This document shows, one piece after another, positions 48,001-60,800 of a stretch of 64,000 nucleotides of DNA. A program made the position numbers and the translations under genes. Positions within the stretch are counted from its first letter, which is position 1. Every line of letters begins with the position of its first letter. The stretch spans positions 1 to 64,000 of the forward strand of contig ML978121.1 in the NCBI GenBank assembly GCA_010015805.1. The letters run 5' to 3'. The notes below the pieces were generated by a model, which saw only the letters and a list, made by a program, of their open reading frames with translations, did no database searches and had not been told where the DNA came from. Source of the stretch: Rhizodiscina lignyota (taxonomy: Eukaryota).

Positions 48001-48996
48001 CTACCAGGCTGGTTTCTTCTGATCCTTAGATTTTGGTATATTATCTTTTGGAGGCTGCCAGTGATTGACGTTCTTCGTACCAGGATTATCTAGATCGAGT
48101 TCGAACCTATCTGGAACTTTCAAACCTTGCTTGATGTAGCTTTCCATAACTACGGCAGATACGCCGTCCCGAAATAGCCATGCATCATCTGTCTGATACT
48201 GCCATGCTTCGAGAGTTCCCCGACACTCTCCAAGAATATCTTCGTAGTCTTTGTCGCTTGCCAGGTTCTTCACTTCTTCTTCATCCTTCCCAAAATCATA
48301 CAACTCCTCCGGACCACGGAAGAGGTATGACTTTAGGGGTCTCTTGCCGATCATGATCGGACCGTCTTTGTTTCTGATTCCCTCCCAGGAAATGCTGGCA
48401 TACAAGTCTGCGGCAAATGGGAAGTCGAGTCGGTACGCAATATTCCGGTGATACTTGTAGCGGTGAGTTCTCATGAAACGTGTGGGATAGTAGTTCTGGA
48501 CCTCATGGAAAGTATGTGATCCAAAGATATGCTGCTTCGATTTGTCGGTCGGCAGTAGTTCACTACATTGCAGAATAGGGAGCGCCGAGTCGCCTAGGCG
48601 CATCGGAGATTTTCCTGAGTTCGGTGTTTTGATATCGCAGTCTCTTCTTCCAGCCCAGGCAATGGTGGCGGGTAGGATGTCGAGGAACGACACCATGTTG
48701 GCGTTCACGAGGGCCGACGTGAACTTTTCCGATGATTCCGGTTAGGTAATTTAAAGAGTTGAACACTTGCGGAACAGGCTCAATCTAAAACATGTGTATC
48801 AGTATTTTACTAACAGATATAAACGTTGGATTTGATACATGGGCGTGGGTTTGAAAGTGGTCTATTAGGAATCAGTGAACTTGTACTGTCTGTGTAGCGT
48901 GGTATACCAACTCCAGCTATGTTCTAGGCCATATTGCCCGTTCTGATGAGTGTGCAGTCCAGTGTAAATAGTTGATCGGCTGCCACTGCAAGAAGC
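48001..48996 (-). pseudogene. Sulfatase (sulfamidase/SGSH-like) pseudogene: 5' truncated, internally deleted
   Basis: ASCSGSRSTIYTGLH..NGQYGL and GIIGKVHVGP fused out of frame at ~48710 to NMVSFLDILP..HIFGSHTFHEVQNYYPTRFMRT..EELYD. Confidence 0.82.
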
Positions 48997-50425
48997 CCTG
49001 AGTGTGATTGGTATTCCAGACATGCTTGCGATCTACACTTTCGGCAAGAAGCTACGTGCTAGATCTAAATTCGCACAGAGCTGAACAGCATCAACTAGAG
49101 CAACCATTTCGACACCAAGGATTGGTCTACGCGAATAACGCTTCTCGCGAAGAAAGCAAATCTCGCTCCGACGTCACAGTTTCGCCACTTGCGCCTTTAG
49201 CATATTGGTGCGACATCCATCCATCCATCAGTTCGGCGTCTTTCTGCTAGACAATCATTGCGTCTACCATAAGGAAGCGTTTAGTTATACACTTTGACTC
49301 CTCCAAATACGATTTCATCAGATTGGTCAGTGTTCCATAGAGAAGGTTCTCACAGTCAAAAATTATTGCGCTCGATGGGCTCACTGTTCTTCCAACCATT
49401 TCGTGCTCCGCAAATACTCAATCCTCATAAACCGTGTTACGAAACCCACACATGCTCCGGATCTCAGACTCACTTGTAAACAAAGTAGACATGAATACCC
49501 TGTCAGTATTGATGTCAGGTTCGGAGTGAACTGGCGAATCCCTTTGATTCGAGGAGAACTTGGCGATCTCGCCTGGTTTTATCTCAAGCACCTTCTGATC
49601 CAACAAACGCTCTGCAACCTCTTCCCTTTCCCTGTTATTCGGATTATTTCCCTGTGCGAAGAGCTCAGTCGCCGTGAATTTAGCTAGTTCATCATTCCAC
49701 TTCAAGAACAACGTTGATGGTCCAAGAATGGTTGTAGCATATTTGTAACACACTACGTGTCTGTCCGAATCGAAAAATCTTCCATCTTGGTGCCAACGCG
49801 GCTTTTCCAGTCATCGACGGGGTTACTCGTTCCAATCTTGAAGCACATCGCCGCCTTCTCGCCGCTGTGGCAATTGCAGTCGTTATGCGCAGCATGGAGA
49901 AAGCGCGATATGACGTCGCGTAATTCGTTTGCGTCTCCATCAGATATTTGGCCAGAAACCCCACAGCGTCGTCACTTTCTAGAAATTTCTGAACAGGACC
50001 GAAATAATCGCAGACAAGCTCTTTCACAATTTTAGAGAGGCTACTCGCGCACGACAGCGCGCCAATGACGTGAACGCGCCGTCGATCGTCATTCGTGTCG
50101 GTTGAGCATGAGCGCAATGGTCGAAAGAGAGAATTTCTGTGTACAATTATCTCTCCCAAAAAACCCGAAAAAACCAGGTGTGCGTAATAAGGTACATGTC
50201 GTCCGTACATAGCAGCAGCTGATGTTCCGTTTACCTACTTAACTATCGTACCCCTGTAAAATGCCATGTGCGCACGGCTGCTCCACTCCCAATCTGGAGT
50301 AGCAAGCGCAATTTTATTTGACGGTTGGCGCGAGCACTCTGTCCTGCTTTGGACACCGTAAATATGCCCAGTCACGATGTTTGACTCCTTCAAGACGTAG
50401 ACGTCGTGGAATAGTACCAAGAATC

Positions 50426-51664
50426 ATGAATGATAATGCATCCGGCAGCATACCCGAAGTCTATGCCGCCTTCTCCGACGATGGAGGCCTTCTCGCAATC
50501 GCTGGGACGACAACTACTTCAAATTCAACAACATCAAAGTCAACAATATCAAAGTCATCACTCGCATGCATAGCCTTAGAGTATTTCTCTGAAGGTGGTG
50601 CTAACGTTGTGTACTCTCTACGCCCAGCATTGGTCGAGAAAACCATACATGGCTTAGCTGGAGCCCGTCTTGGTACTACAACAGAGTCTCCAAATTTGGC
50701 TCGACGGCTTCAAGGCAAAGTCTTAAGGCTACGAAAAGTGCAAGAGCCGGCTCAAGGGGATGCCGAGACGACACCATATGTCCCCACGGCTGAGGTGGAA
50801 CGGTATCTGCACGAGGGGATCGAACCGCGACTTGGTACTGACTATCTTGTGAAGCACGATATGATCAAGGTAGACCCAAAACTCATCAAAGCATGCAACT
50901 CTGCGCTGGCTACCGGTGAAGAAGCAAAAGTTCGACCGAAGAGACGAAAGGGCGACCGCCTCAATGAGAATGAGCCACATGCTCTGTTGCTCGATGACAT
51001 GCGTCCGGAGCCCGGTGTGAGCTTCATGATCGAGTTCAAGCCAAAATGGCTCTCTGACTCACCAAATCCTCAACGCCTGAAGCGTAGGCGATGCCGGACA
51101 TGCGCTCTCAGGACCATGAGGAATGCAGAGAAGGGAAAGAAAGCTGGCAGGAGTCCAACAGCCGGATTCTGTCCACTTGCACTTACCTCATCCGGCGCTG
51201 CGCTGGAGAAGATTATCGACCACTTTCTTTTCGCGAACGGAGTCCAGGACCATCCACTGTGGAAATCACACGGCGATCGTGTTACTGAAAGATTGGCTCA
51301 AGATTTTACGTCGGGATCTACGGTGACGCTCCTCTCGCGTCTTCGAGAACTGGAGAATGATCTTGATCCCCACGGCTGTCTCAGCTTTGAGGGGCATCAG
51401 CAATTGCAGAACGAGGGAGCATTAGATGACCTCGAACTAGCCATGACACTAAGGGACTGCACAATATTTGCAAGGCTCACATGGGAGCCGTCTGGACCCT
51501 TGGAATTGAGACTGGCGGACTTGGACCGGAAGGACTGGAGAACACGACTAGAGAGATGGTGCGCGACGGAGCGCGCACTAATCGATGGCGGGTGGTATGA
51601 GGGGGCGGAGAAGAATGCAGACATTCTGCGACCGCGGGAAATCTGCCAATTATGGGCATCTTGA
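50426..51664 (+). CDS. IPK1: Inositol-pentakisphosphate 2-kinase
   Basis: EGGANVV, LRLRK, EFKPKW, CRTCA, FCPL, AMTLRDCT, ADLDRK motifs. Confidence 0.88.
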   Translation: MNDNASGSIPEVYAAFSDDGGLLAIAGTTTTSNSTTSKSTISKSSLACIALEYFSEGGANVVYSLRPALVEKTIHGLAGARLGTTTESPNLARRLQGKVLRLRKVQEPAQGDAETTPYVPTAEVERYLHEGIEPRLGTDYLVKHDMIKVDPKLIKACNSALATGEEAKVRPKRRKGDRLNENEPHALLLDDMRPEPGVSFMIEFKPKWLSDSPNPQRLKRRRCRTCALRTMRNAEKGKKAGRSPTAGFCPLALTSSGAALEKIIDHFLFANGVQDHPLWKSHGDRVTERLAQDFTSGSTVTLLSRLRELENDLDPHGCLSFEGHQQLQNEGALDDLELAMTLRDCTIFARLTWEPSGPLELRLADLDRKDWRTRLERWCATERALIDGGWYEGAEKNADILRPREICQLWAS

Positions 51665-52748
51665 ATATTGATGAGCTGTTGCTTTAGATATGCAACATCC
51701 TGTGGGTGCTCACTGCAGATGTGTGTCGATGCTTTATCTTTCAACGCGCTTTTCTTGTTTGGTTTTTACATGGCGTTTCGACTTCTCCGGTTCTTCAATC
51801 TTCCGCTTGACAGCTCTCACTCAACCTTGTATGTATGTGGCCGAATGCTTGAATTCAAGACCCCTAGTTCTTTATGATACATCAGAACAATTTTTAGACG
51901 CGTGAGCATTAGGCGAATATGATCAAAGGAAAGAACCCTTGGAAGGCAGATCATTGAAGGGAGGAGTAACCTAGAGACTAGCGGGTATAGAGCAACGATT
52001 AAATGAACTTCATCCCCATAGGCTCAGATTTGCACCATGATCCCCCTGACTCCGCCCAATTAACATGGCGAGACATGAGCATCCTACGGCATTGTGAGGC
52101 ATCGAGCAGTGGAATCGTAGCGAGTTTTGAAACCGAATACGTTAACTAAGGAAAGGGATATATTTGGCTGACGAACCTCAAGGGTGAGCGCTAACTTGCG
52201 CTGGATCTTCGGCAGGCCTGGTTGCTTTTCGGGTCGTTGGACGTTCGCCTCTCCCCACCATCCGTTTGCTAATTTCAATGATCTCTTGAATGTATGGCCA
52301 ATTTATTTTCCATACTATTGGTTCTACCTCCGAGTCATCATCTGTCATAGCGCTTGATTGCGGAGTCTGCCACCAGACTTCGGCATTTACTTGAGGCTCC
52401 TCCGCACCTGTGTGGAGAATATGGGGCTCGAGGAAACATCATCCCATCCACATACACGATATTCGCCATCGTCCGGATACTCATTCAAACAGAGCCGATC
52501 TTAATATGTTCTACAACCATATCATGTTAGCTTCCACCAATCGCTCTGGTGTAGTTTCATCTCCAGTCGAGACTTTGTCAATTCGTGGTTTGAGGGGAAG
52601 CCAATCGCCTGCAGTCAATTTCATTGAGCCTCACTCACAGCAACGGTAAAAGTGCGGAGTCCCCGCAGCTCCGCCACAACTTCACACACAGACTAATACG
52701 GAATTTTGAACGTTGTGATTGAACTTTGATGGAATCGACGTGAATCTC

Positions 52749-52755
52749 TATAAAA
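52749..52755 (+). promoter_or_regulatory. TATA box of the MFS gene
   Basis: TATAAAA followed by a CT-rich tract and a C/A-rich leader, ~260 bp before ATG 53008. Confidence 0.55.
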
Positions 52756-53007
52756 GGGACGTCACCCCTCACCCACACTTCTCTTTCCCATCACCATCAA
52801 CTTCGCCAGTCAACCACCATCACACGTAGACGAAGTACACTTCCACCAACTCACACAAAATACCATCATCTTCACACGCACTCACCATCTCTCTACGTGG
52901 GCCAGCATCTCCCTACGGAGGCAACGCACATCATCTTATCCAATAGAAAATCCAATAGCAAAATCAAAAGAACTTTTCAGAATAAGAACAAATAAAAACA
53001 AGTAAAG

Positions 53008-54847
53008 ATGTCAATGCCCAGGGAGCCAGTTGACTGCGTTGGCACGGAGGCGACCTCGCCAAATCCGCCACGGTCGCGCTTTTCGAGAGCCGTTGGAGCT
53101 CTTCGTTCTTGCGTTACGTTGGGGAATTTCCCCCGCAAGCCGGAGCCTGATATGACCGGCGCCAAGATCCTCCGCGAGGAGCATGTTCAGAAGAAGCTCG
53201 CCGTTTCGTTCCCCCGGAGGAGGAAATGGTTCGCCCTCTATGTTCTCTCTGTGGTTCAAATATCCATGAACTACAATGCATCCGTCTACGGGAACGCGAT
53301 CCCGGGTCTCGTAAGGGGCTTTAAAGTGTCGGATGATGTGGCCCGGATGGGACAGGTATGACTTATCATATTCATCCTGAAATGTACATGCTAATTGTGG
53401 TTGCTAGTGGGTGATGCTCATCGCCTACGCCTTCGGGTGTGAACTCTGGGCTCCTTGGTCAGAGGATTTCGGCCGAGTCCCGGTCCTCCAAGCTTCTCTG
53501 TGGATGGTCAACATCTTTCAGGTCATGTGCGGAGCTGCTCCATCCATGTCGGTGGTCATCGCGGGACGCGCGCTTGTGGGGCTTTGCAGCGCCGGTGGCT
53601 CGGTCACTCTTGGTGTTGTCGCGGACATGTACAAGCCCGAAGATCAGCAGCAAGCCGTGGCCTTCGTCGTCTTTGCCTCTGTCATGGGCAGTGTCATCGG
53701 ACCAGTCACCGGGGCATTCATCCAGCGCTACATTCCGAATTGGCGCTGGAACTTTTGGATCCAGCTCATCTTTGGGGCGACTGCAGCAATCCTTCATCTC
53801 CTCTGCCCGGAGACCCGCAGCTCGGTACTCATGAAGAAGGTAGCGAAAAAACGCCGCCAAAGAGGCCACAAGGTCGTTACGGTCGACGAAGTCGAAGGCG
53901 ACAAGCTAACATTTAAGAAATGCCTGACGATCTGGACTCGGCCGTTCCGAATGTTCGTTTGTGAGCCCATTGTGCTCTGCCTCTCGCTCCTCTCTGGCTT
54001 CTCCGACGCTCTCATCTTCATGTTCTTAGAGGTTAGTCATCAGCATTGCGCAAAGTTGGGGTTCAGGATTATGCTAATCTATTCCGCGTGACTTTAGGCT
54101 TACGGCGAAGTCTACCACCAATGGGGCTTCGGGACCATCGCAATGGGTCTCACATTCGTCCCTCTCGCCATCGGATACGCCATCGCTTGGGGCCTCCATT
54201 CCTGGGACATCAACCGCCAGCGAGACAAGGTGGCCAACGGTATGGCAAAGCGTGGACCCGAGGAAAAACTCCGTCTCCTCTTGTTTCTTGCCCCCCTCGA
54301 GGTCATTGGTCTCTTCGGTTTCGCGTGGGTGAGCCTGGGCCCCAGCTATGGCGTCCCTTGGATTGCGCCGATGCTCTTCAGCGTCCTCGTGGGCATCGCA
54401 AATTACAGCATCTATATGGCCACCGTCGACTACATGGTCGAAGCTTACGGGCCATATGCTGCCTCGGCCACCGGCGGCAATGGCTTCGCTCGAGATCTCC
54501 TTGCGGGCATCTCGGCACTCTACGCGAAGCCGCTCTACCGCAACATTGGAACCCGGCTCAACACCAGCTGGCCGCTCGTCTACGGCAGCTTGATCCTTGC
54601 GTGCCTCTGTGTGCTCATCGTGAGCCCCATCTACCTCTTCTTCTTCAAGGGCCCGTACATCCGAGCACACAGCAAGTTTTCGAAGAAGGTCATTGCGCAG
54701 AGGGAGGAGACGGAGGCGAAGGCTGCCGCGAGGGCAGCTGAGAATGAGGCGGTGTTGCCTGAGGAGGCTGGTCAGGAGATGAAGGAGGTAGTGGTTGCTG
54801 AAGCGGATGTAGAGAGTAGCAGTGACAGCAGTAACAGCAGCGTCTAG
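53008..54847 (+). CDS. MFS transporter, DHA1 family; 3 exons
   Basis: Introns 53356-53407 and 54032-54097. APWSEDFGR, GVVADMY, WRWNFW, PETR, RPFRMF..EPIV, YAASATGGNGFARD; ~12 hydrophobic segments. Confidence 0.92.
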
Positions 54848-55353
54848 ATTGGGTAAGCTTTTCTTTACGTTTGTTCCCTTTCACATTCTATATTGATTTC
54901 ATCTTCTCCATAGCACTTGTTCCATTGTACGTAGTCCAGTAAGCTGTAACGAGTGTTGGTATAGTCATATTTGTGCGCAGTGTGCAACTCCATGAGGCGG
55001 CCCTTCAAAGCGTGATAACGACGCGTCCGCGGACGGGTTGACTTGCAGGCCAGTTCTGCGACGAGAGAAGTCGCGTGAGTACTGACATAGTACGCGACTC
55101 GAGCAATTCTGGCCATGAACAATATAGTTTGGCCTTCGAGCTAAGTTTCAAGCGCATTGTAAAGACCAGGTGGTGAGATGAATAGAACAGGTTGCAGCCA
55201 CAGCAAAGCCACCTCCACCTCCGTCCACTTGGCCGGGGTCCGCGTCGCGTGTCGTGACTCGCGACACCTTCCATCACACATTGATACCATGCTCTGTTGT
55301 CCTGTAGCGAACTCCTCTTCCATCGTGTCCTCCGCTGCCAGCGGTGAACTCCA

Positions 55354-55719
55354 ATGGATTTTACATTCAACAGCGCCCATCCGCAGTTTCAGAGCGGCCT
55401 CTTCTCCAAGCTGCCGCTCGAAATTCAAGACCAGTGCTACAGAGAGTTGCTTCGGCTTATATATCCTTTCCCTCCTGAACCCAACTATTTCATAACCGAC
55501 CTCACCGCCGGTTCGCGTGGCAATAGGACGCGGTATCTCAACGTTCTCCAAATTACAGCATCTTGCAAAAGGCTTCACGCCGAGATATTCAATCTTATCT
55601 TCCGAGAATCTGTCCTGCACCTCGACATTGGATTTGATTCGCTCTATTGTGAGGATCCTGTACCACTGATGACAATCCCAATCCTTCAGAACCCTTATGT
55701 CTCTTCACACTTCCGTTAA
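55354..55719 (+). CDS. Short hypothetical protein / gene fragment with F-box-like N-terminal motif
   Basis: QFQSGLFSKLPLEIQDQCY and LQITASCKRLHAE resemble the LPxEIR..IY / L.tCr.iy.E motifs of fungal F-box-like families. The ORF is short for such proteins. Confidence 0.45.
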   Translation: MDFTFNSAHPQFQSGLFSKLPLEIQDQCYRELLRLIYPFPPEPNYFITDLTAGSRGNRTRYLNVLQITASCKRLHAEIFNLIFRESVLHLDIGFDSLYCEDPVPLMTIPILQNPYVSSHFR

Positions 55720-55778
55720 ATCTTATCAATCGCGTCAGCATCCAGAGGAAACCTACACTCCTTGCACGATAATCACAT

Positions 55779-57319
55779 TCAATCAGTCCTTTTCTGCACC
55801 CTCGGCAGACACATCCATGCGATTTCCATCACCACGTAGAGTCCGATGCAAATCGGATTCAGTACCACAGTTCCAAGCCTCTGGGCCAGTGCTCCCGTGA
55901 AGAATGGAAAGACCGCCCCGCCACTGGATCCCATACTTGACGTAAATCCAAGGCTGGAAATCTGCAGCTCCCTCGGGAGTAGCTTTGAGAACACTCCGTT
56001 AGCCACAGGATATACCGGACCCTGGAGCAGCCCGATAACAGCTACGGCAATAGCGTCGCCTATAACATTGGGTAGTAACCACACCATCAGTTGGAATCCT
56101 GCGGATACAGCGATGAGGACAACTAGATAGAGTCTTTCGCCGATGGATTGTGCGGGCCCAACGAGTAGAAAGCGACCCATTGTGATCCCGCCCCAGAAGC
56201 CGCTGGTCACGTAGCCCACATGCGTGGGATCGCCATGACGATAATGGATCAGGAATGAAATGACCCAGCCACTGATAGACACTTCCGCGCCTTGATACGC
56301 GAATATTAGAAGGGCTCCGAGTAAGGTCGTCTTGTTTTTCAAAGCTTTCCGGAGCAAGCTACTTGAGCGCGTCCCATTTTCAGGCGGTAGTCTTGCTTCG
56401 TCACGAGCGTGGAGGAACTGCGTAGCAGGCTCGGTCTCGTGGCCGCGGAATGCCCAAGAGAACATTATGGTACCGAGCATTTGGATGGCGAGCGAGATGA
56501 AATAGAAGAAAGACCATCGGGTACCCGCTGATATCATAGCCGTCGCTATCAGTGGCGCAACAAGTCCTCCAATTCCGTAGAAGCCGTGACCATACCCAAG
56601 GAGTGAGGTTCCATTCACCAGATTCACGATGAAGACATTGTCAAGCGCTAATATCGTCGCAAATGCGAATCCTTGAGAAAATATCAGCCTCTGAATCCCA
56701 TTTGCGATCATGTTCCAGAAACAAACTGACCAAGAACCAAGAATGCCAGAACCACGACAGGAAATGGAGGGCGACATATGAGAGAAACATAAGCTAGCAC
56801 ATTCATCACTCCGCAGCTCCCCAAGACCTTTGCTCTCCCAAATTTTCCTTGAAGCGTATGTACGAATGGTGCTGCGGCAACAAACCCCACTGCATTTGCA
56901 ACGAAAATTAATGATACGATAGCGTACCCGACGTGATAGTACTCTTGCATATATGGGACGAGTGCGCCAGGAGCGCTGTCATTGAGTCCTTGAGTAAAGA
57001 AGCCAATACAGCAAGCAACAAGTCGCCAGCGGTTCATATAAGGGTATTGGATGCTAGGGAGCTCAGGGGTACGTGTTGCAGTATGCGAAGTAGGAGCGGA
57101 GTTGCTCGCCGTGCGCTCGCCCGGTGGCGTGGTGGGCTCTATGGACGTTGGTTCTGCTGGGTGGTGAGATGCTGCCGGCAGTTGCTTGCCCCTTGGGAGC
57201 TGCTCGAGCTCTATGCTATTCGTCTTTCGTGAAGGGGGTCGCTCCGGTTGTGCGAATACCGTGCTCTGATTGTTCTCATGTGAAGTATGCTCGATGAAGA
57301 AGTTTATTTTCGACGTCAT
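55779..57319 (-). CDS. MFS transporter (Bsc6/FucP-like); 2 exons
   Basis: GLNDSAPGALVPY, HGFYGIGGLVAP, YQGAEVSISGW, GFWGGITMGR, GPVYP, GSSGGA. Intron ~56674-56730. Confidence 0.9.
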
Positions 57320-57872
57320 TTTGGGCGACGGCCTGACGGAAAGCTGAAAAGGGGTGCTTTAACGTCGCATATGCGATACAAACAAGAATTCTCGCTAATT
57401 CTCGCTAATTCTTCTTCTTACGCATCTATCCGCGTCTTGGTAGATGTCGCTGTTAAATTTTAGTTGTTTGTAGAAATCGACCTTGGTACTCCATAATACT
57501 GCGCTAAAAGCGGCCGCTAACTGTCCGAGGTAAAAGGTGGGTACTGTGGCTGATGGTATCACCTACCCACTATACCTAGCATGAGAGCGATCATTATGAT
57601 CTCTCTTAGTTCGAAGGCAATCCGTCTCGGAAGGTCGTGTTGGGGTTATGGGGTAACTTTCTTCTCACATCTTCACAGGGTCACGAGCACTCCGCATTGA
57701 AATGCGGGATCAGTGGTGCAAGGAATTTGATTTACAAATTGGTATCTGGAGGAGAGACATACTCATGCGCGCATTAGGACAAAGGAAAAGAAATGTTTTG
57801 TACTCCAAGCCGACCTCAAAGCCCAACCTACTTCTCCTTGTACTCCACCAATTCACCTTGTGGATAGCCTCC

Positions 57873-60800
57873 TCATCCCTTCGCATTCCATTTATCGTTA
57901 TACGCATTAACCGCAACCGCAATCTGCCGGTAAAGCCAGTTCCTACTTCCCTCATCCTGCACTGGAATGAAAGGTCCATTCGTACCGCCCTTGAGCGTTA
58001 TGCTCATACCCGTACGCTCCTTGCTAATGGTCTGAATATCCTTCAGCGGCACATCCCACTCGGTGGTGAGCTTCTTTGTGCGCACGAGCATCATGCCGTT
58101 GTACGTGAGCATGACGAGCATGTCTTTGCCTGGCAGTTCAAGGTGCGCAATGTAGTCCTCGTTGAAGTACTTTCCATTGTCAAGTGTCTTCAACCAGAAC
58201 TGGCCAAGCGCCTCACGCTGTGAGTACGGGCGGACAATGCCATCGATGCCGATAAATCGCGTGAGACGCACGCGGTCAAGGCCCTCTTGGTCGAAGACGG
58301 TCGTTGTGTTCCGGACGCCTTCGGAGATGTTTGAAGCGAGATCGAAAGCGCCGATCGCAGGTTTCGTTGCAAGACCAAGAAGGCCTTTGCCAACCCCTTT
58401 CACGAATCCAGCTGCACCCTCGCGCTCGGCGCCCTGGAGAGGATGCCGGGCAAGGCCGCCAATGCCGCTGGCAAGACTGTTTGCGAATGCATTTCCGCCA
58501 GATGTGATGCCATAGAGGGCGTGCTTGGGCCTGTTACGCGATCTCGACATTCGGCGCTGGTCTTGGAACTCTTTATCCAATGTAGCAGCAGAGAGACCTT
58601 TTGACATGCTGCCAGTGAACTTAGATACACTGTCCGATATGCCGAACACCGACTTCTTGACGAAGCTCGATGCGCCCTTCGCAATGCCGATGCCAAGCTC
58701 CTGTGGACGATCTGTCATGACCATGCCTTGATACGGCTCGTAGAAAATATCTTGGATACCGGAGCTAACATTGTTGAAAAGACCGACAGGGTTGCCTAGA
58801 AAGTCTGCCGAGCCAATGACAACATGGATCTGTTGTAAGCTCTCTTGGACGTAGTGAGTCTTAATGTTGTTGATGAGCGCGGAAACAGAGACCCGAGCGT
58901 TTTCAAGCATCAGAGCGTTGTATCTGATAGGTGCGTCGTTGACATTTCCGATGGACATTGTCAGGACGTTGACAGCAAACATGAATGGGCTGTTCGATGT
59001 CATAGTATCTTCGGCATTGATGCGCTCAGTCCGGACGAAAGATAGATCGAATTGCATCGGTTGCAGATGTAAGAGTTCGAAGTAAATGTCCTGGCCAGCT
59101 TGTTCTTGCTTTGGTTCTGGAATGTCTAGAGTGTCATCGCACAACTTGCCTTCTTTGGGCTCGGACCAAGAAGCGCCAGGAACCTTTGCGAAGTCCAGCA
59201 GGGCAAAGATGAAGTCCTCATCGATTTCAATGGTCATTTGCTGGAGCAGAACGGTGAAGTATTTGATATACAACACTCCGTACGAGTCATCCTTCACGCG
59301 AGTGATCGCAGAATGCAGGATTGGATGTGCTTCCATCTCTTTTCCGGTCTTTGGCACCACACTTGGGTAGAAAATGATGGGGAAGATACCTCCGTAGAGC
59401 TGATTGTCGATCTGGATCCACTTGATGGTTGACTTGAGCGTCTGGAACAGTGGCGACTCGGTGTACTTCAGTTCAATGTCACGCAGTGTGACATAGACCA
59501 ACTCTTTAAGCTGACTGTTGACGAGCGAAACTCCGATACCCGCAAGTCGAAGCTGTGCAGACATCGTAGTGTCTGTGTCTTGTTCCTTAACCTCGAAGCC
59601 GGTGGCCGTAGACGCTGTGGTGGAGCTCGCGTTCGATTTGACCTTATATAAACTCTTTGACTGTTTGAAATTCGAGAGGACCAAAGTTTGCGTCGGACCA
59701 TCCGCAATAATGTTGATATCGATCGTCTTGCCCCTTGGTGCATCCGGGCCAGGCGGAAGTCGCATGGGCGGTGGATTGCCAATCTCGGCAAGCTTCACCT
59801 GTCTGTCCTTTCCATGAGCGACAAGGATGATCTCCTTGTTCTTTGCTGCTGGGTAATCCCACGCATATGGCATGATACTTCGTGGTGGGAGTCGATATCT
59901 AATGGGCTTCCAGCCAGATCCGCGGTCTTCCTCGTCTTCTTCAATGTACGGGTTGGTCTGGTAGAAGAGAAATTCGGTGTTGCTCTCATTCCTCATAGAG
60001 AACGGCCAATGTTTCGTTTCAACACTGATATGCAAGAAGAGTGTCGCCTGCTCCATGAGGACGTCGATGCGTATCAGTTTCTGCCGTTGGCCGGCCTTCG
60101 CAAGCTTGACATGGACGTTTCCAACATTTGAAATATTGAATGGAGACGACCACTGGTTGTTCACCCCAGGGAAGCAGAGGCAGAGCTGCTGGCCTGCGTT
60201 TTGACGCAACCAACGGAGAGGAAGAAGATCGCCAGGCTTCAGTGTCATAATATCCGAAGATCCGGCACCTTCTTCGCGGATCTGGATATCTTCCTTGAGA
60301 CGGTTCTTTAGGATGAAGCGCGGGGCAATTGTGACGACTTTGGTTAAGTTGTACTGTAATATTATTAGCGCTTCTACACATGCTAGCAGGAGTAAGAAAA
60401 TGAACTTACCTTGCCTTCACCCTCTTCAACCTTAATACCAGCATGCATCTCCGTCCGGCCAGATTGAGATTGCAGACACACACTGTATGTGCTACCAATG
60501 GCATCAAAACTTTGGGGCTTGCTCCATTGCGAATCGCCAATCTTGATCAAAGCACGGTTCTTGCGATCTTCCGTCGGGAACGCGAACATGAAAGGTAGGG
60601 GCTTGCTAGCCTCCGACTCAGTATTGGCGAAGATGCCTTGGCCTGCGGCGGCTTTCGTCGCTCCTAAGAAAGCTTTGCATCGGATATCAATCTCGATACC
60701 GGTTCTGTTGAGGATAACATAGGGACTGTAAACGGTGACCTTGAACGCACCACCACCATCAGGAATCGTGCTGTGTACTAGTCAGTATGGCTATTTTGCT

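Noticed and set aside
57387..57412. AATTCTCGCT tandem duplication upstream of the MFS gene
   Set aside because: A 2.5-copy slippage repeat with no evidence of function.
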